From contig JALMLS010000310.1 of assembly GCA_038496445.1 (NCBI GenBank), positions 248,001 through 312,000 on the forward strand: a stretch of DNA of 64,000 nt. Reading direction: 5' to 3'. Within the stretch, counting starts at the first letter, position 1. Each line of letters begins with the position of its first letter. A model generated the notes under the pieces. The model was not told where the DNA came from, made no database searches, and saw nothing but the letters and a program-made list of their open reading frames with translations. The DNA comes from Trichosphaerium sp. ATCC 40318. Lineage: Eukaryota > Protista > Tubulinea. Shown piece by piece: positions 49,892-62,000 of the stretch. The translations under genes were made by a program, and so were the position numbers.

Positions 49892-51484
49892 ATGGCATTA
49901 AACATCACACATCTACCGCCCGAGATGCTCCAGCGCATATTGGGCCATTATATGGTATTCATTAATTCTTTAACAACTTGTAGACTGTTCCACGATGTTA
50001 TCATCAACGCACCGTACTTCAAGGCATGTACAACTAATATATTAACGTTACAACAGATTTTATTCGATAACACGTGTTTTTTATTTAATAAGCCTCAACA
50101 CTATCTGAAGTTACTTTGTAGTTCGAAACTTTCATTGAAGCGTTTAACAATGATTATAAAGATGCTTTGCGAAAGTTTGATGCAATGGGCGTTGGAATAG
50201 ACTCACCAATCCTTGGTTACTTTTTGATTCGTGAGAACAAGAACTTAGACCGAGAGCAATTTACGAGGTGCATCATTAAACAAGTGCGTACTGGTTTTTT
50301 TTGGATTGCAAGATACAATCAGCTGTTTGAAACATAAAACTGCAAATATGTCCTTCAATGAGTTCATTAGGCACTTCAATCTTTAAACAAAATAATTGTT
50401 ACTTTTTGTTTGAGTGCAGCAATTTGTAGAAAGAGTTGGTCATGACAATACATTTAGCCATCAATGCTTGGTATGATTTTATCACGTATGAACTTTAAAG
50501 GTCGAACCATAGTACAAGCTTTCGCGTCTGTGTGCAAAATCATAACCATACCAGGGGAAGCTTATAAGATTGACATGTACATACTTTCAACAATTAATCA
50601 ACTGTTTTTTGGTCTATGTTTTTCAATATAACTTACTCTCACCATTTTAGGATTATGACTCATCTTAGCAAAGCATATTTTTGTCAGAACCCTGATATAT
50701 GTCCAGATGCAGATACTATATATATCTTCTTATTTTCTATAGTATGTCAACCGTTTCAGTTGGTTTTAGTCTAGTGCTTAAATAAGAAACACATTATTGA
50801 TTGATTCTATAATCATTTCCATTGTTTGGAATTCTCACAGAAGTAATGTTTTGAACTAGGTAATGATGGATCTCAATGCATTTGTTTTCAAACAGATAAC
50901 AAAACATCAATTTTCAAGGCGATGTGCGGGTACTTGGGTACACATGAACTTCTTTGTTTCTTTTCTTTTTTTGACACAGTGTATGAGATTTTAACACTTA
51001 CAGTCTTGGTAGGGGCCAAAGCAGGAAAATCCCCCTGAAGGCTTTACAGATAAGCTATACGATGAACTTAACCAAAACAGTATTATTTTTTATCCAAGCA
51101 TATCATGGTCAGGCGTCTTGACTATATCTTACCGCAACAAAAAGTTTAGCACTTCACAAGTTTTTTGCAAGTGCGATGTAAGAAAAGGTTGTATAAATGC
51201 AAGCAGTGTTGATTATCTAGACTACTATATTGAACTAAAGGATGTGGTCGTTAAGGCATGTAATGTTTTCTTTCTCTACTAACTTAGGCTCTTTACAATT
51301 TTGACTAAAACTAACAATAATAGGCAACTAAAAGACTATTATATTGAAGCATAAATATGGTGAAAAAAAGATAATATTGATGAAGAATAAAAAGAAAAAA
51401 CAATGTTCTAAGATTACACTTATTTTTAAGACTGTAGAGTCATGTACCGATTGCTTTAAAAGCATTAAAGAATGTACTGTTTGA
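49892..51484 (+). CDS. F-box + Sec7 (Arf-GEF) + PH-like protein (FBXO8-like architecture), with frame lesions
   Basis: LPPEMLQRILGHY; FIEAFNNDYKDAL...NLDREQF; MNFKGRTIVQAF...IPGEAYKID (glutamate finger); ADTIYIFLFSI; KLYDEL. Frame breaks near 50475 and 51330. Confidence 0.78.
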
Positions 51485-51645
51485 ACAAGCCTTTTTCAAA
51501 AGGTAATAAAAGGTTGTTTATTTTGGATAATGAGATGACACAAACAACAGATTTTTTTTTGAAACGGATTTTAATAACATACAATTTGGTGAGGCGATTT
51601 TTAAGAGTTCCAGAACTACTTGAAGGGTACCATTTGTATGGGTTT

Positions 51646-54442
51646 CTAATAGCTCATTGTAACTTTATCTCTTGGGCATGGATCTGCCAAGTAATAACCG
51701 CAATTTCTGATAGCATCGCTAAGTAAAATAAGTGAGGAAAAAATCTCTAGCAATTTTTTTATTGCTTTATTTCTGCTCACCTGAGCGTCGTGTGATATTT
51801 TGGAGTATCTTTGTCATGCCTTTTTGTGATGTAAGAATATTCTCCATTTTCGTCATCCTATTGTTGGTTCAGTAAGTACTTGACAAGTTGACACAAACGG
51901 GTAAAGTTTTTTAAGGAAAAAGTAAGAATTTAAGCTTACTTTTTGTAAGCTCATTCTAGCGTTCTCTATCTTTGGTACACCGTTCTTTTCTGTCATGTAT
52001 GTTACTGTAAATGGGAATCCAGGTCGTCGCGAGGACAATCGGATGAGATAAAATCCAGAATCACGGTAAAGCAACCTACAATAAAAATATCAATATCTCT
52101 CACTGTATACTACAAAAAATCTTCTTTATACCTTGCGTGCGCTGTGTCATAACCAATGTCTCCGTGGAACCATTTTTTTCTGTACCACTTGTTCATCTAA
52201 AGGAGTAACATGAGTTTTTTACTGACCAAAAAAAAACCAGAAGATAAAAAAGCTACAGCGTGTTTTCTTGTTTTGTTTGGTTAGGATGTAGTGTACTCAC
52301 TTCACGTAATACGCTAATATTTTCTTTACGAAAGAAAGGACCGAATAAATTAGTTGTTAAGTTAACTCGCTCAATGGTGATACAGTTAGCCTTGTTCTTT
52401 TGAGGTTCTTTGTTCTCCCTGAAAAAAAAGATTAGCCACAGTAAATTATTATTAAACTCATTCTCTTACCATTGCCAGCACATAATAGCACGTAAACCCT
52501 ATGAAAAACGTTAGGCCATTGTGGGAAAAATACCAGAACGCGTAGACTACGCGTTTGGAGTCGAAAAAAAAGCAAAAAAAAAAAAGGAGTTTAGTACTTG
52601 TAAAGTTTCTCTTGTAACGCCAAGCTTACTACGCAAGAGACGTGAAAAGTAACTCCACTCTATTTTTTCGTCGTATTCTGCCTAAGAATGGCAAAAATTA
52701 GTTCATAGAGGACAAGCAAGCGCGTGTGGTAGCGCCAATAGAGCAACAAGAAACAAAAAAACTTGTAAACCAAAGTGTACCGTATCAGTGTTCATGAAGT
52801 ACTTTTTCCAAAAGCGACGTGCATAAGGATTATCAAGGCTTGAGTCTACCAAAAACGCGTTTAAATCAGCTACTACGCGAGTAAACTCTGGACGCCTCTC
52901 AGCGTCCTTATGCCAACATTTGTTCAATAGAGGGACCAGTTGTTCAGGCTACAAAAATGAAAAGTTAGGGTTTTTTTGTTCAAAAAAGTAAGATGACATA
53001 CAATGTCATCAAGGATTTCTGGGCGCTTGTGCAGTTCGCATATGAATTTTTTATATGTATCAGCAGTTGCGTATTTAGATGGTGGATCCCATAATTCTGC
53101 TGTCAGTATCTCCCAGAATATTAAACCGTAACTACAACAGAACTTTAGCATCAAGGAAGAATATAAAACAATAAAAAGTATTTTTCTTTTTTCGTTTTAA
53201 TTCAGCTTGTCGTGCAAAAAACTTAAAATAAAGTGCGCATTTAGCAGCTACACAGTGCAATATACAATAAAAACACTGTTTGGCTTTGGTTCCATTTAAG
53301 TACCTGTAAATGTCTGCCTTTTCGTTAAATTGCTTCATTTGCATAACTTCAGGAGCCATGTACAATACATTTCCCTTTGGCTTTACTTTATCTCTAATCA
53401 TATCGCCTGCTGATTTTTTTATCTGACTGAATCCAAAATCCGCGATTTTAGCATTAAGATGTTCGTCAAGCTTAAAGAATATCAATTTAAACAAGTTAAT
53501 GCACTTTGCAAAAAACTTTTAAAACATCCGCCAAAAAGCGCCACTACGCACCAGGATATTACCGAGTTTGAGGTCTCTGTGTACTATACCAACGCTGTGA
53601 AGCCAGTTTAGACCTAAAGCAACATCTTTACCTAATTTCACTCTTTGACTAACAGTCGTCCTGGAATATAGCGTTCAATATGACGCAATAGAAGTTATAT
53701 TAAACGTACTTATCATAATCAGGCGATTTTAAAAATGCCTCAAGATCTTGGTGCATTAATTCTGATACGATAATTACCTTATCGCCCATGCGTGTACAAG
53801 CGCCCATAAGCTACAGGATTTTATAAGTTTTGTACATCAACTAATCAACAATATCTAACCATTACTATATTGGGGTGAAACACGCGTCTACGCTCATGTA
53901 TTAGCTAGTTACCATAAAAAACTGGTTAGTTTACCTCATAATATTCACCTCACGGATAAACTCCTCCATATTTGTTACTCTTGAGTTAGGGATTTTGACG
54001 GCTACTTTTTTACCGCTAAGCGTTGCCTTACGTCATCTTTTAGTTTGGGTACAACAGTAATTACTTCGTACACGATAAACTTTGCCAAAAGAGCCTTCAC
54101 CAAGCAAATCTTTGCTTTTAGTGCCGCTTGAAAATTTAATCGATTTAGGGTCAAGCTCTGGAGGTCCTGTTGCTACAAAAAGTCATTGATGCATCTATCT
54201 ACGTTTGAGTAACTAACGAGCTGATCTAGGTAAGTTGAGATTAAATCTTTTAATTCCTTGTCTAAAGCTTCTAATTCGCCTCGCGTGCTCTCTTTATCTT
54301 GTTTCTTGGCTTCCTTGATTTTTGATTGTTGTTGGTACAAAACAAGCAACGCGCATTTGACTGCATCTGTGGCACCGCTTGAGCCTTGTTGCTTGGCAAG
54401 GTCTATTGCTGCTCTAATGTCCTCTAGCGAATCGTTGGACAT
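51646..54442 (-). CDS. SHK-family dual-specificity TKL kinase with C-terminal SH2 domain
   Basis: LGEGSFGKVY, VAVK, HRDLKLGNIL, DFGFS, YMAPE, CWHKDAERRPEF, ARRFWKKYF; SH2 WFHGDIGYDTAHARLLYRDSGFYLIRLSS; terminal LADPCP. Confidence 0.92.
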
Positions 54443-54717
54443 GCTGTCACGAGAAGATCATTCACAGAAAAAAAAACCTAAAAAATAAGCCAATTAAGTC
54501 GTCTGAAGCGCTTTACGACCTACCAAAAGCGAGTCTAAGTCAACCTCCACGCGTAAAAAGGCTGTTTAGAATTAAGATAGTCTGTTTACAGGCTGTTTAT
54601 GCTTTCGCCATTCTAAACTACCTCTGAACGCAATAAGGACCTAGCTTGGCTCTATTGTATTGATATTACCGATACTACTGTAAATTTATCCTAAATGACA
54701 CAAACAACATCCAACAC

Positions 54718-56581
54718 ATGATTCTTCGCGCACCATTAGCTATTGAGCGCGTTATTGTAAACAAATTGAGCCAACAGCTGAAAATTAAGGAACTGGATGA
54801 CTGGTACAAGACGAACCAGGATATTTTCAATTCTAATGGCGTAGGCAGAGTACTGTACAGGTTGGTAATGCTTGTGACTCAAAAACTTTTTGTGAAAAAA
54901 AAGCAAACACGTTCACGTGAAAGCACAAACTCACGTGAACACATGTTCCGCAGAAAACATCTAATCTTCGTCTTCTAGATATCGAAATTCTCTTTCTTTT
55001 ATGCTTGCAACACATTATCCTAAGCACCAGTGGGACCCAACACGCTTTTCGTACGTTTTCAAAACAGGTTTTTTTTGGCAAAACACTTGCTCATTTATTG
55101 TGACAGAAAATCACCTCATAAGCATTGGACTGATGCTGAAAATGTTACAATAAAACTTAATGTCATTGGTAAGAAATTAGGTGTTAAGGAGTTAAGCGGA
55201 TGGTATTCAAAGATAGCTAGTCATGTAACAAACGCAGGAGGGTTTTCACTTATTGCAAAGTACATACAAAAAAGCTCTAACGAGACCAGTACTAGTACCA
55301 GTTTTGATTGACTTTGCTTAGGCACGATTGCTCATTAGCAAAAACATTGAAATACGCCTTCCCTGACTACAAATGGGTTTCATGGAAGTTCAAATCGGAA
55401 ATAGCTCCAAAAGGATATTGGCAAACTCTCAGTAATCAAAATCGGCTTATTGAGAGTGTTGGTGAGAAACTAAACGTTAAGCATCTTGATGATTGGCAAA
55501 ATATTAAAGCACAGCACGTTTTACAAAACGGTGGCCAAGGTATTCTAAAACACAGGTAACAAACTTATACTCATTCTTGAAGTCATCATTTTGCTTCCAA
55601 GAATCTAAATTTATCTTGTTTAGAGAGCTATCATATGTTTTAAAGAGAGTTTATCCTTACCATAAGTGGCACCTAGCACCTGATAGAATACATAAGGGAT
55701 ATTGGCAGAGTAAAAGAAATCAAAGAAACTTTCTTAGTATGGCTGCGAAGAAACTCAACATAACTTCAAACGAGAAATGGTAGTCAACTTTCTTTTTTTT
55801 TTGAATTGCCCACTTTCCACTTTTTGGCAGAATTTAAGCTCAACATTACTCATGCGAGTACTATTAGGTATCGCGTATCAAGGCAGCAAATGTTGAGTTT
55901 GGGTGGGTCGGGCATTTTAAGGTTTTTCCCTAATGCTCTTGTACATGTTGATCCAACATTCAAATGGAATTGGAGCAATTTCTCTATTACAAACAAAAAA
56001 TCAAAGCAAAGGTACAACTAACCAAAACACTACTTTTCTTTACAATATTGATTGATTTTGTAAAGGCTATTGGTTTCTCTAGTTCAAGAAATATTCCCAC
56101 AATTGAAGATACTAGAGGAGCATTGTATTGGGTTGAAGTATTTAACTGATAAATGGATTAGTGTTGATGTATTTGTACCAACACTCAACCTGGCTCTTGA
56201 ATACCAAGGTACATAAAATTTCAACAAACAATCACTTGCTGATTTAGTGTTATTTAGGTGAACAGCATTACTATGACAGTGTGACTTTTAATACACCTTC
56301 TCACGTCATTCAATCAGCAGACGCCGAGAAGAGTTACCAATGCCAGAAAAGTGGTATGTGTTTTGAAGTTTTGTTGATCTTGTCAAAATACTCAAATTAA
56401 TATTGTTGTTTAAGGTGTCACGCTTATACCAATACCGTACTGGTGGCCGGGAGATATTGATTCATTAAAAGCTACACTGGTGGTATATAGACCAGAATTA
56501 AAACTTAATGTACCAAGATATGTCAGGCCGCTGTTAGAAGAATGGAAGAATAATTTCTTAGCCAACAAAGGTACTACATAG
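54718..56581 (+). CDS. Trp-rich ~70-aa repeat protein with C-terminal PD-(D/E)xK (Vsr/DUF559/RAP-like) domain, copy B
   Basis: Splices to an uninterrupted frame: four repeats (LDDWY...YPKHQW; PHKHW...GWY...FPDYKWVSWKF; PKGYW...NQ...DDWQ...YPYHKW; KGYW...NQ...KWY...PTFKWNW), then SVDVFVPTLNLALEYQGEQHYY...DAEKSYQCQKSGVTLIPIPYWW. Confidence 0.87.
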
Positions 56582-57093
56582 CATGTGGTGTTATTCTTAC
56601 TTATTCTTACCACTATTCAAGGCTCAATTATGTCGCCTGCTAGTGCTACTACAATATCTTGATAGTGACTAGATAGTGCTACGCATTCTGTAAGTTTTTG
56701 AGCGTTACAATGTAAACTTGATATTTGCTGATTTGGTTATTTTCTAAAGTGTATGCTCATAAGGGTTCTGCATATTTAGCAAAGATTGTCCCCTCAGTAC
56801 CTCAAACATTACTGGTGTAAGATAGCTTAATTGATGTGTAATTCATAGTTACTTAAACGAACAAGTTGTACTCTACAGTTTATCATTGAAAGTGGTAATG
56901 CGTCCAACATCTGCGTTCTCTTGAGATTTTGTGTATTGCTAAATCACGTGTGCCATGGAAAAGTTCAGAACTCTGAGAGCGAAATTGCTGGGAGATTATT
57001 ATTGAAAGGAAGATAATGCAAAAACCCTGTTTGCAAAGAGACACAGGAATTGTTTACATTTTTTATTGAAACTAACAATAAAACGAGATGGAG

Positions 57094-58971
57094 TTACTTT
57101 TTGCTTTCCTGAAGTACAGTAACAAATGTTGATAACTCTTTACATGCTTCTTCAATAATATTAGCACTTGCTAGACCATAAGAAAGCCTAAAATGCCCTG
57201 GGACATCAAAAGCAGTTCCTAAAAAAAGCAGTGAGAATTACCTTTTGTAGATTTTCTTTGTGTACCTGGTGTTAGCACGAGACCAGCTGTGTTCAAAACA
57301 AATAGGCAGAAATCAATATCATTCTCGATAGGCTTTTTAGACGCAGGATCAATACAACCATAGAGACTTTTAACACAAGGAAAAATATAAAAAGCACCAG
57401 TAGGAGCCTGTAAACATAAAATGAATCAGTCACATGCTAAAAATAAAATAGCAAAAGTGAATTCACAAGCTTTGGATTTTGTTGGCATCAAACACTACTG
57501 ACGTACAGGAACTTTTAAATCTTTCAATCCAGGGAGTGTAGAGAAAAGTCTAGTACCATAAAATCAGATGAAGGTTTCTTTTTGGTTCAAGGCGTACTTA
57601 AGAAGCAAATCACGCTTTACTTTAAGTTGTGATGCAATCTTTTTCCTATGTTCCATCTCTTTTTCGTTGTTCAAGAATGAAGCATAAGCAATTTGAGATG
57701 CCATGCTAATACATGTAGAAACCATTCCTGTTGCTTTTCCAATATACTTTGCTATTGCCTTTGGCGCAGCTGCAAAACCGAGTCTTGTATCAAAAAGTAA
57801 GAGTTAGCCAGAATGCTAGTTTTTGTTGTACCGAATTCCAGTTCCTGCAATCTCCTTTGATATTCCTCCTAGAATGATAGTTTGTTGAGGAAGAAAATGA
57901 GCAGGGCTTGAGTATTCAGCATCATCGTATATTATAGTACGGTACACTTCGTCGCTGACAATAGCTGAAAGGAACATATTAGCGACGCAAGTTGCTTCGT
58001 CACGTGTACCTATTTCCGGATATTCTTTTACTATATCTGTTATTCCTTTTATTATTCTCTTTGGATACGTAACACCAGTTGGATTATTAGGAGAGTTGAT
58101 AAATAAGACGGCTATTTCGTCGCCTTTCTCTTCAAGCAATGCTTTAAATTTTTCTAGGTCAGGAAGAAAATCTTCATCCTTTAGTTAGTTAGTAGCCCAC
58201 TATTGACTAGAGAATCAGATGGTACGTACAACAGGAGAGAATATAGTGCGCTCTCCAGTGAGCAAGAACGGTTGCTGAGCGAATATTTCATAACTAGGTA
58301 AAAATGCAACTGCTCTGTTTCTCTTCTTAGAAGGATCAAGAATGGCCATCAAAGTCTTGTACACAGCATCCTATTGATAAAAAAAATAAAATTATCACGT
58401 GACATCGCAATAAAAACAAAGCAAAAATGCGTGAATACCCTTGGTCCAGGAGTAACAACGATCTGATCTTCATCGAAGCTCAAATTAAAGTTGACATTCA
58501 AATCATTGCTTATTGCTTTACGAATACTTTCAATACCAATCTCACGACAATATTGAGTCTTCTCAGAACGTATTGCATCTATGAAAGGCTCCACAAATGA
58601 TTTTGGAATCTTGTGCGTTGGTGTAAGCTAAAAAATCACGTGAGCATTTACAGTAGCGAGCTGAAGCGTTAAAACAAAGTTTTTCAAGTAAGTGTACCTC
58701 ACCAATTCCAAAATCGTAAGTCTTTAATCCCTATTCTGACATTAGACAAATGTCTAGTACAACTAAAGCGCGTGACGCTTAAAAACTCGTTAAGGAAAAG
58801 AAAAGAGGTTTGAACCTTCGCTTTTCTATCAAATGACGTGAATAACACGCTATGAGGTATGTAAGTTGTATGTAGGAGCGAATGTAAGACGTACGTTAGC
58901 GTTGGCGATGGAGGTAGCGTTGTCACGCGACTGGAGAGCTCTATTTTGCATTCTGGATCCTTAGATGCCAT
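57094..58971 (-). CDS. PLP-dependent class I/II aminotransferase (aspartate aminotransferase-like)
   Basis: PSPTL, INSPNNPTG, VSDEVY, GGISKEIAGTGIRLGF (PLP lysine), PTGAFYIF, PGTAFDVPGHFRLSY. Confidence 0.95.
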
Positions 58972-59050
58972 TTTGAGGCGTTATTGACAACTCAGTTGGT
59001 TCTTGTTTTGTCAAGTCCAGCGAATTCTCAATTGCGTTACACTCAACCAG

Positions 59051-62000
59051 ATGCTTACTGTGAGCCAGGATGCGAATAAGCAAGTACGTTTTAACTATTC
59101 TAGTTCGAAAACAACGAAATGTACATCAGTAATTTCGTAAAATCATTATAAAGCGTGTATACCGCAGTATTCAATACCCTTGCGCGCAGACATAACGATA
59201 ATACTAGGCAACATTGCTTTTCTGCAATTTTATTCGCCATTCTCGAAAACTTGATGCTGTTACCAACATACAAGGGCGGTAAGGCTTTTTATACTTATTT
59301 TTATCTTATTACACCTCATGAACTAAAACGAACTTTTTAATTTTGAAATTCTACAGCACGTGCTTTAAAATACATAAGCAAAAAGCCAATGTTTTGTATT
59401 GGTTGAACTGTAGGGTGTTTGTTTTAAAGTTTTTGGTTTATTAATTTGATTTCTAGACAGCGTTGGGTATCTATTACAGATATTAGCTTCTATTGTAGTA
59501 AGATAAGGGGTATGGTACGCTCGGTGCTTAATTCGGAAATAACAATCTTTTTTTAATAATACGTTGTCATTACTAGCGCGGAGAGGATGCTACACCTGAA
59601 GTAATATGGTCTTATAAAACTCGGAATATTACAGACGTCACAACTGAAAGAATTCAAGAGAGTAAATGGGGAGTATTTGATTGCGTTAAAGTAACAGTCA
59701 GAGGCGAAACTGATCCTGTTTATCTTTATTCGGTCGATATTGTATGATGTTTTCTTCCCATTTTTTTGAGTTCCTCAGTCGTCACCAAAGAGGCGAATTG
59801 TTAACTCTATGTATTAGCAATTACTTCAATGTTTGACCAAAGCGTTAAAGTATGCAGTTCAATTATCTCTGAATCAAACGATACAGCTCCCAGAGCATTT
59901 CGTAGGTGGAAAACTTAATGTAGAAGGTACTAACTCAAGATTTTGCACTCTTTCCTTTCCCACACGTCTCTAACGTTTATATAGTTGTTCGTGGAAAGAA
60001 TCTACATGGAGCAGATGTAACAGGATTCAGTGGTAAGGAGTTACAAGGATATTTGAAACGGGTTTTTTTGAAAGTAGTGAATTTTCTCTCATTTTGGTTT
60101 TTCTTTTAGATCCATACTGTGTTATAGTAGTAGAAGAGAACGCTAACTATACACATGCGCATCGTTCAACTTTGAACCCAAAGTGGAATAAATCGTTTAC
60201 TTTCCGTACGTGATGCTTTGGGGTTTCCTTTGTTTTCACCAAACACCCATTTTCATGCTCTTCTGTTCCTCCTTCTATGATATTCTTTTTTAACGTGCAA
60301 TGCTCGCTATGTCTTATATATCTTTAGCTGTTCTTCTTCCTTCTTCTACAGCATATTTTTCAGTTTGGGATAAAGACTCTTTCAACGATGATGTAAGAAG
60401 TAAAGTTTGACGTAAATCACTCACGTTTTTTTAAGGATTTTTTGGGATATGTACAAGTACACTTGGCACAGTTACCTAACGGTTCAAAGACTACTGATTG
60501 GTTTCAACTACAAAAAAGGGAAGATACAGATAAAGTGAAAGGATCTATTAAGTTACAACTTACACTAACCTATGACTCTATAGTACGCATCAAAAAATTG
60601 TTCTTTGATTTTCGATTTTCTAAGAAACAATTAGCAAGACGATTCTTTTCGTCCTACATTCTTTAGCGTTCCACTTTCACAACTTGTTTTACGTGATGGT
60701 CCTATTATACCAGCACCAATGCGTATTCTTGCAGCTGACCTAGATCGAAGCAAAGGTATTTACACCAGTTAGTTTGGAGTAACTTTGTGGTTTGTCCTCT
60801 TTTTTTTGACAAAATCGTTTTAGCGTTCAAAGAAGTTGGGATTTTCCGCACAGTTGGTAGTACTACTGAAATAAATGCTCTAAAGAAAGCCTTTGATATG
60901 GGTTCAATAGAATCAACCCTTGATATTCCTAGCGGATTACGCGCTGTTAAAACTATTGCAAGTACTTTCAAATTGTACGTTTACATCTTTTGTGGATTGA
61001 AAACTTTGTTTGCTTGCTGTATTGACTCGTGCGCTATGAACTTGCTGTGCTTGTGGTGGCTAAATGTAAATATCAAAATTTCAAAGCATAGCACGTTTGT
61101 TGAACTTGTGATGCATAAACAACAGATCCTCTTGAAAAAACATCTAATTTGACTAAACTATTCGTGTAGATATGTTCGATCTATTCCCGATCTCATCCCT
61201 GAAGATGCACTTGACACATTTTATAAAATAGCTGGTATGCCGTTTACAAATGAGGAAGTTTAACTGATGATTTTGCAAATAGAAGCTCATGATAAGAAAT
61301 CTCAATTTCAAGCATGCCAAGCGTTCCTTTCTAAGCTGCCAAAGGTAAGTCCACCTTAATCAGCCCATTATATTTAAATACTCTTTATGTCAATAACAAA
61401 AATTACCACGTGTTTTATGACTGTTCCTTATGTTAACTCTTCATCAAAAAGGCAAACAGGACAGTTATTGGATTTCTTTGTTTGATGCTTCAAAAAGTTG
61501 CAGCACACAAAGAAGAAAATAAAATGGATTATTCTAATCTTGCTATTGTGTTTGGACCTGCGATGGTACCTTCACGTACGTAATATGTGTTACATAAATG
61601 CACAAGAGCCAACTCAGTTTCAATCACGTTTTTTTTTCCAAACAAAGACAAAACTTGTGAGTGCTTCACTCCAAGCCTGATGACTCTTTTTCTATGATTA
61701 TTGCTTTGTAACGAACCTTATTTTATTATAGTGGATCTCTCTAAGACACATATTATCAACTCAGCAACAACGAATATGTTAAAGATTTCTGATAAATTAT
61801 TTGATGCAGAATTTATTTCTACCATTGCAAGACAAAGACCACGAAGCACAAAATTTCATAATCCTGAGGTAGAAAGAACAAAAAATGAAAAAGAAGTACA
61901 AAACAGCGCATTGAGCATATTTGCAAAAGCAGCTGCAGCAAGTATAACAAGGGATAGAGCCAGGACAACAACGTAAAATGATTTTCTTTCAAAAAAAAAA

